This document shows positions 63,901-64,000 of a DNA stretch of 64,000 bases, one piece after another. The notes beneath the pieces were generated by a model that saw nothing but the letters and a program-made list of their open reading frames with translations, was not told the origin of the DNA and did not search any database. The stretch lies in the NCBI GenBank assembly GCA_035221665.1, contig CM069137.1, forward strand, positions 54,250,001 through 54,314,000. The letters are read 5' to 3'. Numbering within the stretch: position 1 is the first letter of the stretch; each line of letters begins with the position of its first letter. Both the position numbers and the translations under genes were made by a program. The DNA is from Okamejei kenojei. Its lineage: Eukaryota.

Positions 63901-63909
63901 CTTGCTGTG
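63901..63909 (+). CDS. col6a1: COL6A1 exon 29 (9-nt micro-exon); gene continues beyond the window
   Basis: Long T-rich tract ...tatttaacag|CTTGCTGTG|gtgagt. Completes S-C-C in frame with exon 28, as in human MCSCCEC. Confidence 0.88.
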
Positions 63910-64000
63910 GTGAGTAGATTTAATTATTTGATGCTAGAATATATATTTTTGGTTGCTGCTAACAACTGACCATCTTACCCAATTAAAAAAAAAGTATATT

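Noticed and set aside
7899-63909. Assignment as COL6A2, COL28A1 or a pseudogene
   Set aside because: [19 protein letters not shown] and ECEILDI plus the split N1 exon structure fit COL6A1. All 29 exons have canonical splice sites and no stops or frameshifts.

Overview
This is eukaryotic, AT-rich, repeat-dense genomic DNA. The repeat content (HE1/V-SINE-like, CR1/HER1-like, Penelope, Rex/Babar, DIRS, L1) suggests a cartilaginous fish such as a skate or ray; that taxon call is an inference. The main feature is a + strand, multi-exon collagen VI alpha-1 (COL6A1-type) gene. I reconstructed coding exons 1-29 by hand from ATG 7899 to the 9-nt micro-exon at 63901-63909. All have GT-AG boundaries and join into one open frame: signal peptide, N1 VWA domain, Gly-X-Y triple helix, start of the C-terminal region. 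The remaining C-terminal VWA exons lie beyond the window. Upstream are a degenerate DIRS retrotransposon (minus) and a decayed L1-type LINE (plus). The most notable observations are: (i) short Penelope-derived insertions with TSDs that carry minimal hammerhead-ribozyme motifs, including a head-to-head palindromic pair and sense-strand intronic copies; (ii) a Gly->Ala change at a Gly-X-Y position, a Trp in the helix and relocated RGD sites, raising the possibility of a diverged COL6A1 paralog; (iii) a MITE containing a copy of its own flanking DNA; (iv) a complete TSD-flanked RTE-like non-autonomous element with a structured 5' end; (v) an unexplained CpG-rich tandem insertion. Most entries in the supplied ORF track are spurious or TE fragments. 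Human COL6A1 comparisons are from recall, not from an alignment.
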